From positions 9,393,337-9,457,336 of the forward strand of contig CM082586.2 in assembly GCA_040954595.2 (NCBI GenBank): DNA of 64,000 bases. The letters are read 5' to 3'. Shown here piece by piece: positions 14,020 through 28,400 of the stretch. Origin of the DNA: Balanoglossus misakiensis (taxonomy: Eukaryota; Animalia; Hemichordata). The notes under the pieces were generated by a model that did no database searches, was not told the DNA's origin, and saw nothing but the letters and a program-made list of their open reading frames with translations. Made by a program: the position numbers and the translations under genes. Each line of letters starts with the position of its first letter. The stretch's first letter is position 1.

Positions 14020-15841
14020 CAGTCAGATCGCACGGTGCTCATTTGCATATGAAAGTTCGTCAAGCCAGCGACCGTTAATTTTCAAACAGACGGCAATAGG
14101 CCAGTTTTCAAGGTGATTTTCAACTTGATTTTTACACTCCGTGGTACAATAAAATACCATGCTAGCTCGATAAATTTCGAAAGTGATTCCTATTTTGCAC
14201 TGCAGACGTAAATTTTATGAGAATCTGTCGGTAATAGTAGTAGTTTTTAGCGTGTTTTCGGTGGTATGTTGGTGACCTCGGAAGAGACGTCCACAAACGT
14301 GCCAAAAATCATTTGAAGACGACCTCGGAAGTTAACCAAGTTTTCGTGACAGATAGGTCTAATATCGGTCCCAACATCCGTGAAAAGAAATTAACTCGAA
14401 ATGCTTGTGTAACGGTCAGCTTAAAAATAATCGATGTAGTTCGACGATATGACCCGGAAGTATAGGCCCTACGTTGACCTCTCCATGTTAGGCTTGTAAA
14501 TACGGAAGTGTTGCGTTGCTCGTGAAACGACACGTTTATCGTGGGGAAAAGTTTCTAAAAGACACTTGTCCAGTAAAAGTTACTGGATAGTGTATAACAC
14601 TCTAAGGTAACATATCAGCCAAGTTTTAACTTAATTACTGGCCTGATTTCGACACAACATCGATCAATCGCACGAGTGCCGCGCCCGGGTGCTCCACACC
14701 GTTCGCCTACATTGGGCTACAAACAAATATTTGATTACCCATGCACAGAATGCCAGGTTTACCGTTCGTGAGGAGCTCAGCTGACGTATTTTGTATATAT
14801 TTTTTTCTCCGCATCGTGGGATATAAGTAGACTTTTCGAAAATGCCAAGTGTAACTTCGAAACCACTTCCCTTTATTCGCCGATGATATATGCAATAAAT
14901 ACAACATTTGTGTCTGAAGGCGAGCGATTTGTCATCATTGCATTGGGTCGATAAATAATAATAATAGTAATTTATTTATTAAACAGTGTTCAAAATACTA
15001 CTACAAAATACAGGATAAAGAGTTAAAAATACAACAAAATACAGAATAAATTGTCAACTCAGACAGCTAAAATAAAACAGTCAACTGCAACACCACCACC
15101 ACAAAAATCAGTCTTCATCAATCTGAAAGAACAATAAAATTAAAAAAAGTGAGTTTCCTTGACGGGCAAACCTTCATAAAATAATTGTTAGGGTTTAGTA
15201 AAACTCGGGATTACATATCAGCAATCAAAATTTCTTCGCACGAGAGAGGAGGGAAAACTACGCAGCTGGTACAACCCAGGATCAAGCCTGCGCCAGCGTA
15301 TATACGTACACATGCATGCTGTCTTCTCCCGCCATTTTGCAGAAGAAGTGGCGCTCACGGGTTGAAAAGTAAACAAAATGGCGCTCACAGGTTGAAAGGT
15401 AAACAAAATTGAACTGGTCATATCGTCACTATCAAAGCTTGGAAGTGAATGAAAACTCAAAGAGAGGGAGTTTGATGTCTATATTTTGATAAAAGTTTGA
15501 AATTTCGTGGTAAAATCCATGTGTAACGGTCAGCTTAAAAATAATCGAGAGGATGTCAACGCTATGTGTTTTTTCACAGTCGTCAGAAATTTCGTGATTA
15601 CAAAGAAACTACTCGACAGAAGTTGCCAAAAAATCATTCAGTAACAATCCAGTATACCTACCTTCAAGTGAATCCACGGTTTTGTCTTAAAATAATCCAC
15701 ATCGCCTGAAAACAGCTCTATAATATCGAGTAAAAAAATGGCCTATTTCGCGACCCTTCAGCGGGGCCCACTCTAACGGCTACATGGTTTGAAGTACTTT
15801 CTTCATTTGCATATGTTAATGAATGCCGTGCGATCTGACTG
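14020..15841. mobile_element. Non-autonomous TIR DNA transposon (~1.8 kb), superfamily not assigned
   Basis: Perfect 16-bp TIR CAGTCAGATCGCACGG...CCGTGCGATCTGACTG. It interrupts the HINE motif CATCAAAAACCAAAC; 4 A on the left plus 5 A on the right versus 5 A in sister units implies a 4-bp AAAA duplication. Internal direct repeat TGTGTAACGGTCAGCTTAAAAATAATCGA at ~14406 and ~15520. No convincing ORF. Confidence 0.85.
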
Positions 15842-18800
15842 AAAAACCAAACGTCTAGCCCTATAGGTTAGCCTGGAATTAGATATGCAGAAATACTAAC
15901 GCGTGATAAGTAGGTCAAAGGTCATATGAAAAATCGCCAAAAAATTGTAACATATTTTAGTCACATGACGATTGATATCCATAAAAAGAATTTGTATGCT
16001 ATCAATTTTTAGACTAGAAAAAGGAATTTCAATGTTTCACTGCTTTTTACAAATTCCAATATGGCCGCCATAATCTTCGACCAATCACAATGCTCTTTGC
16101 AAACTTGATAGACATCAATGTAGTGACCATACTCCCCGAATCTTGCGACTCAGTCATCGCCCGTTCTGGAGAAGAAGATTTTTGGAGTTTAACTATGGTT
16201 TTTCTAAAATCCAATATGGCCGCCATAATCTTCGACCAATCACACTGATCTTCGCAAACTTGATAGACATCAGTTAGGTGACCACATACCCCAAACCCCG
16301 TGTCTCGGTTATCACTGGTTCTGGAGAAGAAGATTTTTGAAATTTAAGCCAGATTTCAGAAAAAAAATTGTAGCAAAAAAACTGCAACATTGACAGCAAA
16401 ATTTCCAATTACAAAAATGATGGGTAGAAGGTAGTCTACCTGCATGCCAAATTTGAAGTCGATCTGACTTGTAGTTTCTGAGATCTGAGATTTGAATTTT
16501 TTCAGAAAATCCAATATGGCCGCCAGGTCACGTGACTAATTAATTATTCACAAGTCACTGCACATCTACTCATTGACCTTGACCACTGTAGCAAGTTTGA
16601 GAAGTGTACCTGCAGTAGTTTCAGAGATCTCGTTGGCCGAAGAAATTGACACAAGAAAAAAGAAAGAAAGAATTAAAGCTGCAAGCAGCATTGTCCGGGC
16701 CCAAGCTCTATTATCTGATCTGATTATTAGATATGCACATAATTAATGAGTAGAAACATAATGCTGTGTTTTATCCCATGAAATATCAAGTTTATATCTA
16801 TGTTTGGTGTTGATATAGTGTTAAGTAGGTCAAAGGTCACCCAGAGGTCACCCACAATTTGGGCAGAAAATTTTGACCCATAGTGGTCCATGTTCAACAA
16901 AAACCAGATCTCTAGCCCTTTTGGTTAGCCCGTAATTAGGTATGCACATAAATAATGAGTTAAGCAGGTGTCACAGGTGACCAAAAACTTTGGCTTTTCA
17001 TTATGGCCCCATACCTCCAAACGCCAAGGCTGTATCTGCTGTGGATGTCAAGATATGGAAAAGTAGGTCAAAGGTCACCCGAGGTCACCCAACATTTGGG
17101 CAAAATATTTTGACCCCATAGTGGTCCATGTATAACAAAAACAAAATCTCTAGGTCTATTGGTTCATCTGTAATTAGGTATGTGCATATTTAATGAGGTC
17201 AGCAGAGGTCAAAGTGGTCATGAAAAGTATCAAAATTTTTTGATCACATACAAATCCACATACATCAAAAACCAAACTTATAGCCCTATTGGTTAGCCTG
17301 GAATTAGATATGCAGAAAAAGGATGCGTCAAAAGTAGGTCAAAGGTCATTGTCAAAATTACCAAAATATTTATAGCTTATTCTTGTCATATGATGATTCA
17401 TATCCTTAAAAAGAATTTATGTGCTATCAATTTTTAGGCCAGAAAGGGAATTTTTACTTTTTAATGGTTTTTCACAAAATCCAATATGGCCGCCATAATC
17501 TTCGACCAATCACATTCTTCTTAGCAAACTTGATAGACATCTTTTTAATGACCACACACACCAAATCTTGTGACTCGGTTATCGCCGGTTCTTGAGAAGA
17601 AGATTTTTGAAATTTTACTAGGGTTTTTCGAAAATCCAATATGGCCGCCATAATCTTCGACCAATCACAATGATCTTCGCAAACTTGATAGACATCAGTT
17701 AGGTGACCACATACACCAAACCCTGTGTCTCGGTTATCACCGGTTCTGGAGAAGAAGATTTTTGAAATTTAAGCCAAATTTCAGAAAAAAAATTGTAGCA
17801 AAAAACTGCAACTTTGTCAGCATAATTTCCAATTACAAAAATGATGGGCAGAAGGTAGTCTACCAGCATGCCAAATTTGAAGTCGATCTGACTTGTAGTT
17901 TCTGAGATCTGAGATTTGCATTTTTTCAGAAAATCCAAGATGGCCGCCAGGTCACGTGACTAATTAAAAATTCAAGGGTTCAATGCACGACTACTCATTG
18001 ACCTTGACCACTGTAGCAAGTTTCAGAAGTGTACCTGCAGCGGTGTCTGAGATCTCGTGGGTCAAAGAATTGACACAAGAATAAAGAAAGAAAGAAAGAA
18101 AGTATTAAAGCTGCAAGCAGCATTGTCCGGGCCCAAGCTCTATTATCTGATCTGATGCTGATATAGTGTTAAGTAGGTCAAAGGTCACCCGAGGTCACCC
18201 AACATTTGGGCAAAATATTTTGACCCCATACTGGTCCATGTATAACAAAAACAAAACCTCTAGGTCTATTGGTTCATCTGTAATTAGGTATGTGCATATT
18301 TAATGAGGTCAGCAGAGGTCAAAGGGGTCATGAAAAGTAGCAAAATTTTTTGATCACATACAAATCCACATACATCAAAAACCAGAATGATAGCCTTACA
18401 GGTTAGCCTGGAATTAGATATGCAGAAAAATGATGCGTCAAAAGTAGGTCAAAGGTCATTGCCAAAATTACCAAAATATTTATAGCTTATTCTTGGCATA
18501 TGATGATTCATATCCATAAAAAGAATTTCTGTGCTATCAATTTTTAGGCTAGAAAGGGAATTTTTACTTTTTAATCGTTTTTCACAAAATCCAATATGGC
18601 CGCCATAATCTTCGACCAATCACATTCCCCTTCGCAAACTTGATAGACATCTGTTTAATGACCACACACACCAAATATTGTGACTCAGTTATCTCCGGTT
18701 CTTGAGAAGAAGATTTTTGAAATTTTACTAGGGTTTTTCGAAAATCCAATATGGCCGCCGTAATCTTCCACCAATCACAATGATCTTCGCAAACTTGATA

Positions 18801-20319
18801 GACCTCAGTTTGGTGACCACATACCCCAAACCGCGTGACTCGGTTATCGCCGGTTCTGGAGAAGAAGATTTTTGAAATTTTGACCAGATTTCAGAAAAAA
18901 AATTGTAGCAAAAAAACTGCAACATTGACAGCAAAATATCCAATTACAAAAATGATGGGTAGAAGGTAGACTACCTGCACACCAAGTTTGAAGTCGATCT
19001 GACTTGTAGTTTCTGAGATCTGAGATTTGCATTTTTTCAGAAAATCTAATATGGCCGCCAGGTCACGTGACTAATTAAAAATTCAAGGGTTCAATGCACA
19101 TCTACTCATTGACCTTGACCACTGTAGCAAGTTTGAGAAGTGTACTTGCAGTGGTGTCTGAGATCTAGAGCGACAAAGAATTGACACAAGAATAAAGAAA
19201 GATTAAAGCTGCAAGCAGCATTGTCCGGGCCCAAGCTCTATTATCTGATCTGATGCTGATATAGTGTTAAGTAGGTCAAAGGTCACCCGAGGTCACCCAA
19301 CATTTGGGCAAAATATTTTGACCCCATACTGGTCCATGTATAACAAAAACTAAACCTCTAGGTCTATTGGTTCATCTGTAATTAGGTATGTGCATATTTA
19401 ATGAGGTCAGCAGAGGTCAAAGGGGTCATGAAAAGTAGCAACATTTTTTGATCACATACAAATCCACATACATCAAAAACCAGAATGATAGCCTTAAAGG
19501 TTAGCCTGGAATTAGATATGCAGAAAAATGATGCGTCAAAAGTAGGTCAAAGGTCATTGCCAAAATTACCAAAATATTTATAGCTTATTCTTGGCATATG
19601 ATGATTCATATCCATAAAAAGAATTTCTGTGCTATCAATTTTTAGGCTAGAAAGGGAATTTTTACTTTTTAATCGTTTTTCACAAAATCCAATATGGCCG
19701 CCATAATCTTCGACCAATCACATTCCTCTTCGCAAACTTGATAGACATCTGTTTAATGACCACACACACCAAATATTGTGACTCAGTTATCTCCGGTTCT
19801 TGAGAAGAAGATTTTTGAAATTTTACTAGGGTTTTTCGAAAATCCAATATGGCCGCCGTAATCTTCGACCAATCACAATGATCTTCGCAAACTTGATAGA
19901 CATCAGTTAGGTGACCACATACCCCAAACCCCGTGTCTCGGTTATCACCGGGTCTGGAGAAGAAGATTTTTGAAATTTAAGCCAGATTTCAGAAAAAAAA
20001 TTGTAGCAAAAAAACTGCAACATTGACAGCATAATTTCCAATTACAAAAATGATTGACAGAAGGTAGTCTACCTGCACGCCAAATTTGAAGTCGATCTGA
20101 CATGTAGTTTCTGAGATCTGAGATTTGCATTTTTTCAGAAAATCCAATATGGCCGCCAGGTCACGTGACTAATTAAAAATTCATGGGTTCAATGCACGAC
20201 TACTCATTGACCTTGACCACTGTAGCAAGTTTGAAAACTGTACCTGCAGTGGTGTCTGAGATCTAGAGCGACAAAGAATTGACATAAGAATAAAGAAAGA
20301 AAGAAAGAAAGAAAGACTG

Positions 20320-20732
20320 AAAAATACCAACGAAACCAATAGGGCCCAAGCCTGGCTTGGCTTGGGCCCTAAAGAAAGAAGAAAGAAGGAAAGACAGAAA
20401 AACCCCAACGAAACCAATAGGGCCCAAGCGCTGGTATGCGCTTGGGCCCTAAAAATTCCAACGAAACCAATACGGGCCCAAGCCTGGCTTGGCTTGGGCC
20501 CGTAAAAACCCCAACGAAACCAATAGGGCCCAAGCGCTTGCGTGCGCTTGGGCCCTAAAGAAAGAAAGACAGAAAAACCCCAACGAAACCAATAGGGCCC
20601 AAGCGCTGGTATGCGCTTGGGCCCTAAAAATTCCAACGAAACCAATAGGGCCCAAGCGCTTGCTTGCGCTTGGGCCCTAAAAAACCCCAACGAAACCAAT
20701 AGGGCCCAAGCGCTTGCTTGCGCTTGGGCCCT
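20320..20732 (-). repeat. Stack of 7 HINE 5' heads with intervening microsatellite remnants
   Basis: Loops TGGCTT (short stem), TGGTAT, TGGCTT (ACGGG stem), TTGCGT, TGGTAT, TTGCTT, TTGCTT. Confidence 0.9.
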
Positions 20733-21384
20733 AAAGATTAAAGCTGCGAGCAGCATTGTCGGGCCCAAGCGCTGATCTTGAATTATATATGCACAGTATG
20801 AATGAGAAGAAACAGAATTTTCTATCGGATGTATTATCTCATGACATAATAAGGATGTGTGTATTGTTGCTGCTGAAATAGGGTGAAGTAGGTCAAAGGT
20901 CACCTAAGGTCACCCAACATTTGGGCAATTTTTTTTTACCCATACTGGTCCATGTCCAACAAAAACCAAAACTGTAGCTCTTTTGGTTCGGATGTAATTA
21001 GGTATGTGCATATTTAATGAGGTCAGCAGGTGTCACAGGTGACCCAAAAATGTGGCTTTACATTCTGGTCCCATCCTACAAAATACCATGGCTGTATCTG
21101 CTCCGGATGCTGAGATATGCAAAAGTAGGTCAAAGGTCACCAGAGGTCACCCAACATTTGGGCAAAAAAATTTGATCCCATACTGGTCCATGCCCAACAA
21201 AAACCAAACCTCTAGCTCTATTGGTTCGCCTGTAATTAGCTATGCACATAATTAATGAGGTCAGCAAAGGTCAAAGGGGTCATGAAAAGTAGCAAAATAT
21301 TTTGATCACACACTTGCATGAAAAACCAAACGTCTAGCCCTATAGGTTAGCCTGGAATTAGATATGCAGAAATAATAACGCGTG

Positions 21385-21436
21385 CACGGCTGTTAATATC
21401 GTACGTAAGGCGAATTCTAGTTGGAGTAAAGAAATA
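21385..21436 (+). repeat. Left bipartite TIR of Chapaev element
   Basis: CACGGCT + 20-bp spacer + GAATTCTAGTTGGAGTAAAGAAATA (21412-21436). Confidence 0.85.
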
Positions 21437-21505
21437 ACAATGTCAAACGCACGAGATCTCGTGTATAGGGAGAACTCGCGGCGGGATTTCGATCACATGT
21501 TTTTT

Positions 21506-21932
21506 TAGTCTCGGTTACCCAGAGCCCTCTGCTTCTTCCGTTAGGCACTCCAGAAAGAGGGTCTGGGGAAACCCGGTAGACAAACCGTCAGGCGGAATCG
21601 GGACAGCTGCGATGCATGACGGGAGATTAATATTCGATACGATATTATGATATGTCGATATTAGAAAACTATTTACCGAACTTCTCTCTCTCTTTTCAAT
21701 TTGTATACAGTTTTAGCAGGTCTAGCACTTCTCAGCATGTTTTCTTTATCGTATGTCATACATGTCGGCCGTGAGGTTCGCGCGCAGGACGTCGCCATTT
21801 TGGAATATTAATCTCCCGTCATGCATCGCAGCTGTCCCGATTCCGCCTGACGGTTTGTCTACCGGGTTTCCCCAGACCCTCTTTCTGGAGTGCCTAACGG
21901 AAGAAGCAGAGGGCTCTGGGTAACCGAGACTA
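21506..21932. mobile_element. MITE with 130-bp TIRs, AcademH-like, nested in the Chapaev 5' region
   Basis: TAGTCTCGGTTACCCAGAG...CTCTGGGTAACCGAGACTA. TIRs 21506-21635 and 21803-21932; 9-bp TSD ATGTTTTTT (21497-21505, 21933-21941). TAG termini with a 9-bp TSD fit AcademH, but MULE is not excluded. Confidence 0.85.
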
Positions 21933-22448
21933 ATGTTTTTTGAGAATTGCCGCCGATCGGACGAAGCAAGTTCTGGGCGGGGTAACTACCTAATATGGAC
22001 ATAATCGTGACATTTGCTAAGTATAATTGGTTTCCGAAGATGTCCGAACAACCTCACTGATATTTTGCTGGCTTCCGGATGTACTGCAATCGCCTCAAAG
22101 TGTGATTTTGTGGTTGCGTTAGTGGCGATTTTTTTCACGGTAGCCGTGCGATCTGTAGGTGAGCATGATTATGATGTGTATTTTTTTGAGCTTGATTTAA
22201 AATTAAATCAATTTTCACAACGTAAATAACAAATTTCTGGGGTAATTTGCTGTATGTACGATCGTTTTGTAGTGTTGGTGTGGCTTCGGAATTTAGCGTG
22301 TGGCTACGTAATTACACTTTCGGTAGAGTTCGTGATTGTGATTGACGTAAATTGACTCAATGTCACCATGGTCACGGCGTCTATACGCTACCTGTTACCG
22401 GTGCCTGTGGCGCCATAATCAAAATACAGATCATCTTTGAAGCAAAAT

Positions 22449-25400
22449 ATGGCCACCAAGAAAGATTTGGATGCACATTTGGGTCTAATCTCAACACTGT
22501 GTAGAATTTGTGGTACAAAAATCGTCAGTACTTCGTACGCGTGTAAGAGCTTCCAAACCCAATTGCGCGATACGTTCAATGTTGACGTAAACAACGACGA
22601 ATCGACAGTTCATCCAAATAGTTTCTGCAAGAATTGCAAGCGGACAGTCGACTACTGTTTACATGTAACACAGGTCAGTACAGCTAGCTATAGCCCGAGA
22701 ACGAAGGTGACATTGTGGAAAAAACATCCGCGAAACGGTGAGTGTGATGTTTGCCTTCGGTCTCGACCCGGAAGGAAACCAAAACAGACGAAACGAGGAC
22801 GTGAAAAAAAAAAGTTAAATATCGTGTCTACTCCTAATGACTCTGATGATAGGAAGTTGGGTTCAGGAACTCAAAGTCAAACTGACACACCCGTTGATAT
22901 AGATTTCGTCAATGTTGTAAAGACCAAAGCAGGCAAGAGGTTTAGGTGTTCACTGGGACTGTCTCCACAACGATTCATTCACGGCACATATATTGGCCAA
23001 GAACTCGATTGCCCTATTTGCAAAGAAATTGTGGACGAGCCTGTCCAAATTCTGTGTGCTAACCCCCACACATTTTGTTCCCCCTGCTTGGCAGAGTGGT
23101 TCAAAGTTTCCCCAACATGTCCTGTCTGTCGGGTTACAATAGACAGCAATTTAGTTGCTTCGATTCCAGTCATGTTGGGAAATATCCTAAGTTCACTAAC
23201 AATACACTGCGATTATAGTAATTGGGGATGTACTAGAGAACTGCCATTGATGGATCTGAAAGGCCATTTTGAAAGCTGCCCCTACACATCAATTGCCCAT
23301 GATCATCATTATGCGTCAGCCAAGCTCCCTGAACAGCAACAGCAATTACATGTAAATTGCAATGACACTGACATCGATGTGAATGGGTCGGTACACCAGC
23401 CAGAGACCGTGAAAACAACCAGTACTATATCCCCACAAGAAGCACTTGACACCATTGCTAACTGTTCTGAAAAAATCGACAAGATGGCTGGTTTCGATAC
23501 AGTGGCAACCAAAATAATCAAACTGAAACTGGAACAAACCCCTGGCTCTAGAAAGGGAGAGGCGATAACATTCAAAACTAGATCAAAGGTAAGGAAAAAA
23601 CAGTGTTGATTTGAAATTAATGTCATAATTATTATGACTGTAGTAGGAATGAATAAGTAGTTATAGTGTTTTGTAATATTGTCACAATGTTCAATTGTTG
23701 ACATATCTGATATGTTTAAGCATGACATATGTATTTGTGTGTAATTTTTCCTAGTAAGGCCATTTACCTGCATTACATATGTCCCCATGTTAATAAAATA
23801 TTTGTGTGTGTCATTTTTCTCCCATAAGCCTATTCACCTGATGTATGTCCCAAAGGCAGCGAAGGATTCCACCAGAGTATCAACTCGTACACAGGCACAT
23901 CGAGCAACCATTGTAGAGAAGACAAGAGAAAGTGCGTCAGGTGCGTCAGGTGACAGCAAAGCGGTAGCACAACAGGTTAGGCGGGAGCTGGGCAGATTTG
24001 GGAAGACTGAACTACATTCCCTTGGTCTTTTGCCTAATGTTCCTCCTGGAGCTGGTCTAATGCTAAAGACCAGTTTGTCACTACCATGGAATAAGTTGAG
24101 GGCACTGAGGAGGTAAGGATTAAGTGGGTGTGTATGCCAGCGTTTTTATAGCATATTTTACTAGTACAGTCAAACCTGTCAATAGTGGCAATGTGTCATG
24201 GGATGGGTAAGTACACATGCATTTCAACATAATCTATTTTTTTCCTCAGATGGTTGCGAAATTGGAACATACATGTCCAAGGAGAGACAAGGGACAGGGA
24301 AATTGCTGAAACGCTATCCCTGCCCCTTTCTGCGGAAAGACTTCCCTTCACATTTAAAGTGAGGGGAACAGATGGCAAACACTGCACAGAAATCAGACTT
24401 GCACCATTGGTAGTAATAGAGAATGTGAAGGATGCAATCATTACTAGGCTTGAGTGTTTGGAAAGGTAACATTGAGAATAATCAACAAATTTGGATTTTA
24501 CTTTCAGTTATCCCTAAAATGTTCTTGTGAATGCTGGTAGGGAGTATAATTTGGAGTTAACATTCAACTTCATTGACATAAAAATGAAAGACATCATATA
24601 ATGTCAAAAATAAATAGTATGTTTTGTTTTGACCTTACTTTACACATTTTCAATTGAATTAAATTAGACTAATGGTACCTACCTTTCACTTCACATTTTA
24701 GACAATATTTTGTACACGTGGTCTTTTCATTCTCATTCTTCAACATTTTTTACTACCATGTTTGTAATGCATTTATTATATTGATATTATTATATCAATC
24801 TACTTTATATTTCAGAGAAAATAAACTTACTTGGCAGGAAAGCACTATTCCCTGTGATGAAGTCTGGTGTAAAGTTGGGGGCGATAAGGGAGGTGGCAGC
24901 ATGAAATCTGTCTTTCAGATTTGTAATGTGGCCAACCTTAATTCAATTGAAAACACAGTGGTGTGGAATATTTTTGCTGCACCGGATACAAGGCATAACC
25001 TTGAGATTGCCTACAAGGTTAATTTAGACCAAATCAACTCATTAGAGAGTTGCACATGGAGGTGAGTACATGATATACATGTAAATGATGCAAATATTTC
25101 AATTATGCATTAAAATATCTAGTCATAGTTTTCTCTTCTGCAGCATTACCCATGGTAGAGGATTGTACATACCTGTTCAGCTCTATTCAAACTGATGCAC
25201 ACCTTTTCTTACAATGGCTGGTTTTCTGACACTCAGTACATGTAGCTGTAACTTTTATTTCTTTCAGATACTTTTAGCTTGACTCTTTCAACTAACACTG
25301 TGTTGTCTGTTCCTTATACCATGTTGAAACACACAATATCGATTCTGTCAGCACAACCAGTGTATGTATAACAAACACTGTTATCGCTTACAATTGAAAT

Positions 25401-28400
25401 CAATTCAATTGTCAACAATAGCAGTGCTGGCCATACTCATAGTGACTGTGCTGGCAAACTGAATATTTGTTATTTCAACATGTTTTATGCTATGTACCAT
25501 GCCTTTAACTTTCAAACCTTTCTTCCATAGAGATAAGAAGGTTATTCCTTTTCTTGCTGGTGACTATGAATATCTGACAACCATTTATGGGTTATCAGGT
25601 GCAAGTGGTAAGTACACATAAGGTATAAGTCAATTGTGAGCTACTAATCACTTGTTTTCCATTCATGAATGATGAAGTTATTAGATAATAGTATTGTGCT
25701 CTAGTGTTTATCAGCAGCTTTGTTTATCAGTCAGCCAGTCACTATATGTAATTTACCATGTGAAAGAATGATTATAATTTATTTTCAGCAAATGTACAAA
25801 ATGTGCAATAATTCATGGGTAATTTGTCTTTAGGCAGATATTTCTGTCTTTGGTGTACTATTACCAAGGAGGAAGCAAAGCGTGAACCAGGAGACAGACC
25901 AGAAATAAAACAACGGTCCCTTGAGCAACTGAAAGCTGACAACCAGGCCTATGTAGCAGCAGGGAGTGATAAGAAGACTGCGTTGATGTTCAACAACTGT
26001 ATCAACAAGCCTTTGTTTGATATTCCTCTAAACAGGGTGTGCAGTTTAATCAATAATTGTCATTTTGACTTGGTTGTTAAACAGTTTTATTTGCTCCTAG
26101 CATTACCAGTTGTCACTTTACCATATGATATGCACATGTGATGGAGACATGCAGGATCAAATTGCAACTAAAGAAGAAGTCTTTTTTTAGCTTGGGAAGT
26201 TAGCTTAGTGGGTTTGAGTCCTGGCTTTGTGAATGCTACTTCAGGTCTTGGGTTTGTCTCAAAAAAATCTAAAATATGTAAAACATAACTGTATACTGAT
26301 GATCTTCTCTATAAATAATTACATTTATTGTTGAGGGAATACTAAGTAGCCAGACAGTATATTCCAAATAGGCCTGTTAAAGTTTACTTAACTCAGTATT
26401 TTTTTTATTCACAGTTACATTGATTTTGTTTTGCTTCCAGGTTGCAATTCCAGCACTGCATATAAGCCTTGGCTTATATAAGAGGTTTTTTGAGTTGCTG
26501 GAAAATGCATGTGCAGAACTTGATCTTAAGATATTCTGTGCTATGGAAAAAAATGACGACATTGATGAACCTGTCTTCAAACCAGCACGTTTTGATGCAT
26601 ATGTGTCATTGCTTCGTGAGGCCCTTGTCTTGGAAAGGGAGGCCGACTCTCAAGAAGCCAGGGCTGCTGCCATGGAGAATAACATTCAGAGACAACTTCT
26701 TGATGATGATAGTGATGACGACAGCGATGACGATTCCCTTTCATTAGCTGCTATTTCAAAAGCATCAGATGTGCAGGAAAAGCTAATTGCAAGTGCCAAG
26801 GCCAAGGTTAGGGTTAGAGTACTTTGCAGTGTTTGTTTCTCATGCTAGGTTTTGATCATGTCAATGATTTTTTTTCTATTTGCAGTAATAGAAACAGAAT
26901 AATATAATGTTTCATATGACACCAGAAAAAAGAAAACCAAATTTTATGTGTACTCATAACAGGAAAATTGTTGCCATAGTTATTTCAAGTGCTGAGGTAT
27001 GAGAAACAAACATTTATTTTGGACATAATCCTAGTCTTTCACCTCATTTTCACCTGTCTTTTGGATAACCATGCTACTCTTGATTTCATACTTCAGCTTT
27101 GCAATAGTTTCACTGACAGTTTTGTTTCCACCCAGAGAGAGGATGCAGCAAGCCTGAAAGGAAACTTACCAAGGGATGCTGGATATACAGTCAGGAAACT
27201 TGATAGGAGTCTAAATAAAATTCATGTGTACAGACAGGCTTACCATGGAAAGTCTTTCATTGGAAACCATGTCAACACATGCTGCAAGGTTTCTATAATA
27301 CTAGTATATTGTATTGCTTCCCAAATATTCAAGTTTTAAATCTAGTGAAGAAATTGTTTTACTTCAGAGGATAAGAGTAACTGCAAAATAAGGCATGATT
27401 TGTGGTTATTGACCCCAGTTCATTTTTTTATGTAGATAACAATGGCATGCAGCTTTCTTAAAATTTTAAGTTTCCCCAAGGCAGTAAGTTATCTGCTGCT
27501 TGTATGCTTGCCTGTTGGTATTTTCATTTCATACAGGTCAAATCCTAGAAATGAAAAGGTTAAATTAATATTTAGTTTTACTCTGCTTTTGTTGTAGATA
27601 TTCACAAATACATTTTCAATTTGTTTCTGACATTTTCTTATTCATGCATTCATGCAAACACGTACACCTATTAAACATAAGATCTTTTCAATCTCACATT
27701 CAGGACAAGAATATCAACATCATTGTTGATAGTGTGGTACAGTGTACTGAGGAGATGACACCAGAACTGATTACTGATGCAGAGGCCATAAGGGACAAAT
27801 TCAAACCATTACTGACACTGTTTGCATCATGCCACAACACATATTCTCTTTCAAGGAGGTTGACCCAAGATGAAATAACTGAGCTTGGTGACTATTCTTA
27901 TCAAGATAATCACATTTGTTCAATTATTTATAATGTATTTGAACTAACCGTGTTCTATGGTGTTTTTTTTCTATTTGGCAGTTTGTAGATACTTGAATTA
28001 TACCAGAGAAGCCACGGGCAGATTTAGAAGCCTGGTTGCTGCATGCTGTAAATGTATTCAATGTTGAAGTTTGCATAAAATAAGTATTATTTTCTTGTTT
28101 GGATAATCAACGATAATTTATTTTGTATTTGTATTTTTTCTTGTGTTCACCTTTTTTGTTCTCTCTCTGAGTGTATAATTTTTATATTTATTGTATTTGA
28201 TTTTATTTTGATGTTTACATTTATATGTATGTTCATGTTGTAGTTGTAACTCTTTACATTTGGATTCCTTAGTGTTTAGTGGATAAAGTGATAAACCTCT
28301 TGCAATTTCTTAAATTACCACTCACTAAGGATTTTATATTTTCTCTTTTTCTCCTAGGTATCAACATACGAGGGCTCATGGAATATTACAGATCAAATTT

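Noticed and set aside
20320-20732. CRISPR-like array of palindromic ~53-bp repeats
   Set aside because: No unique spacers, no cas genes, and spliceosomal introns nearby; the repeats are explained as stacked HINE 5' ends.
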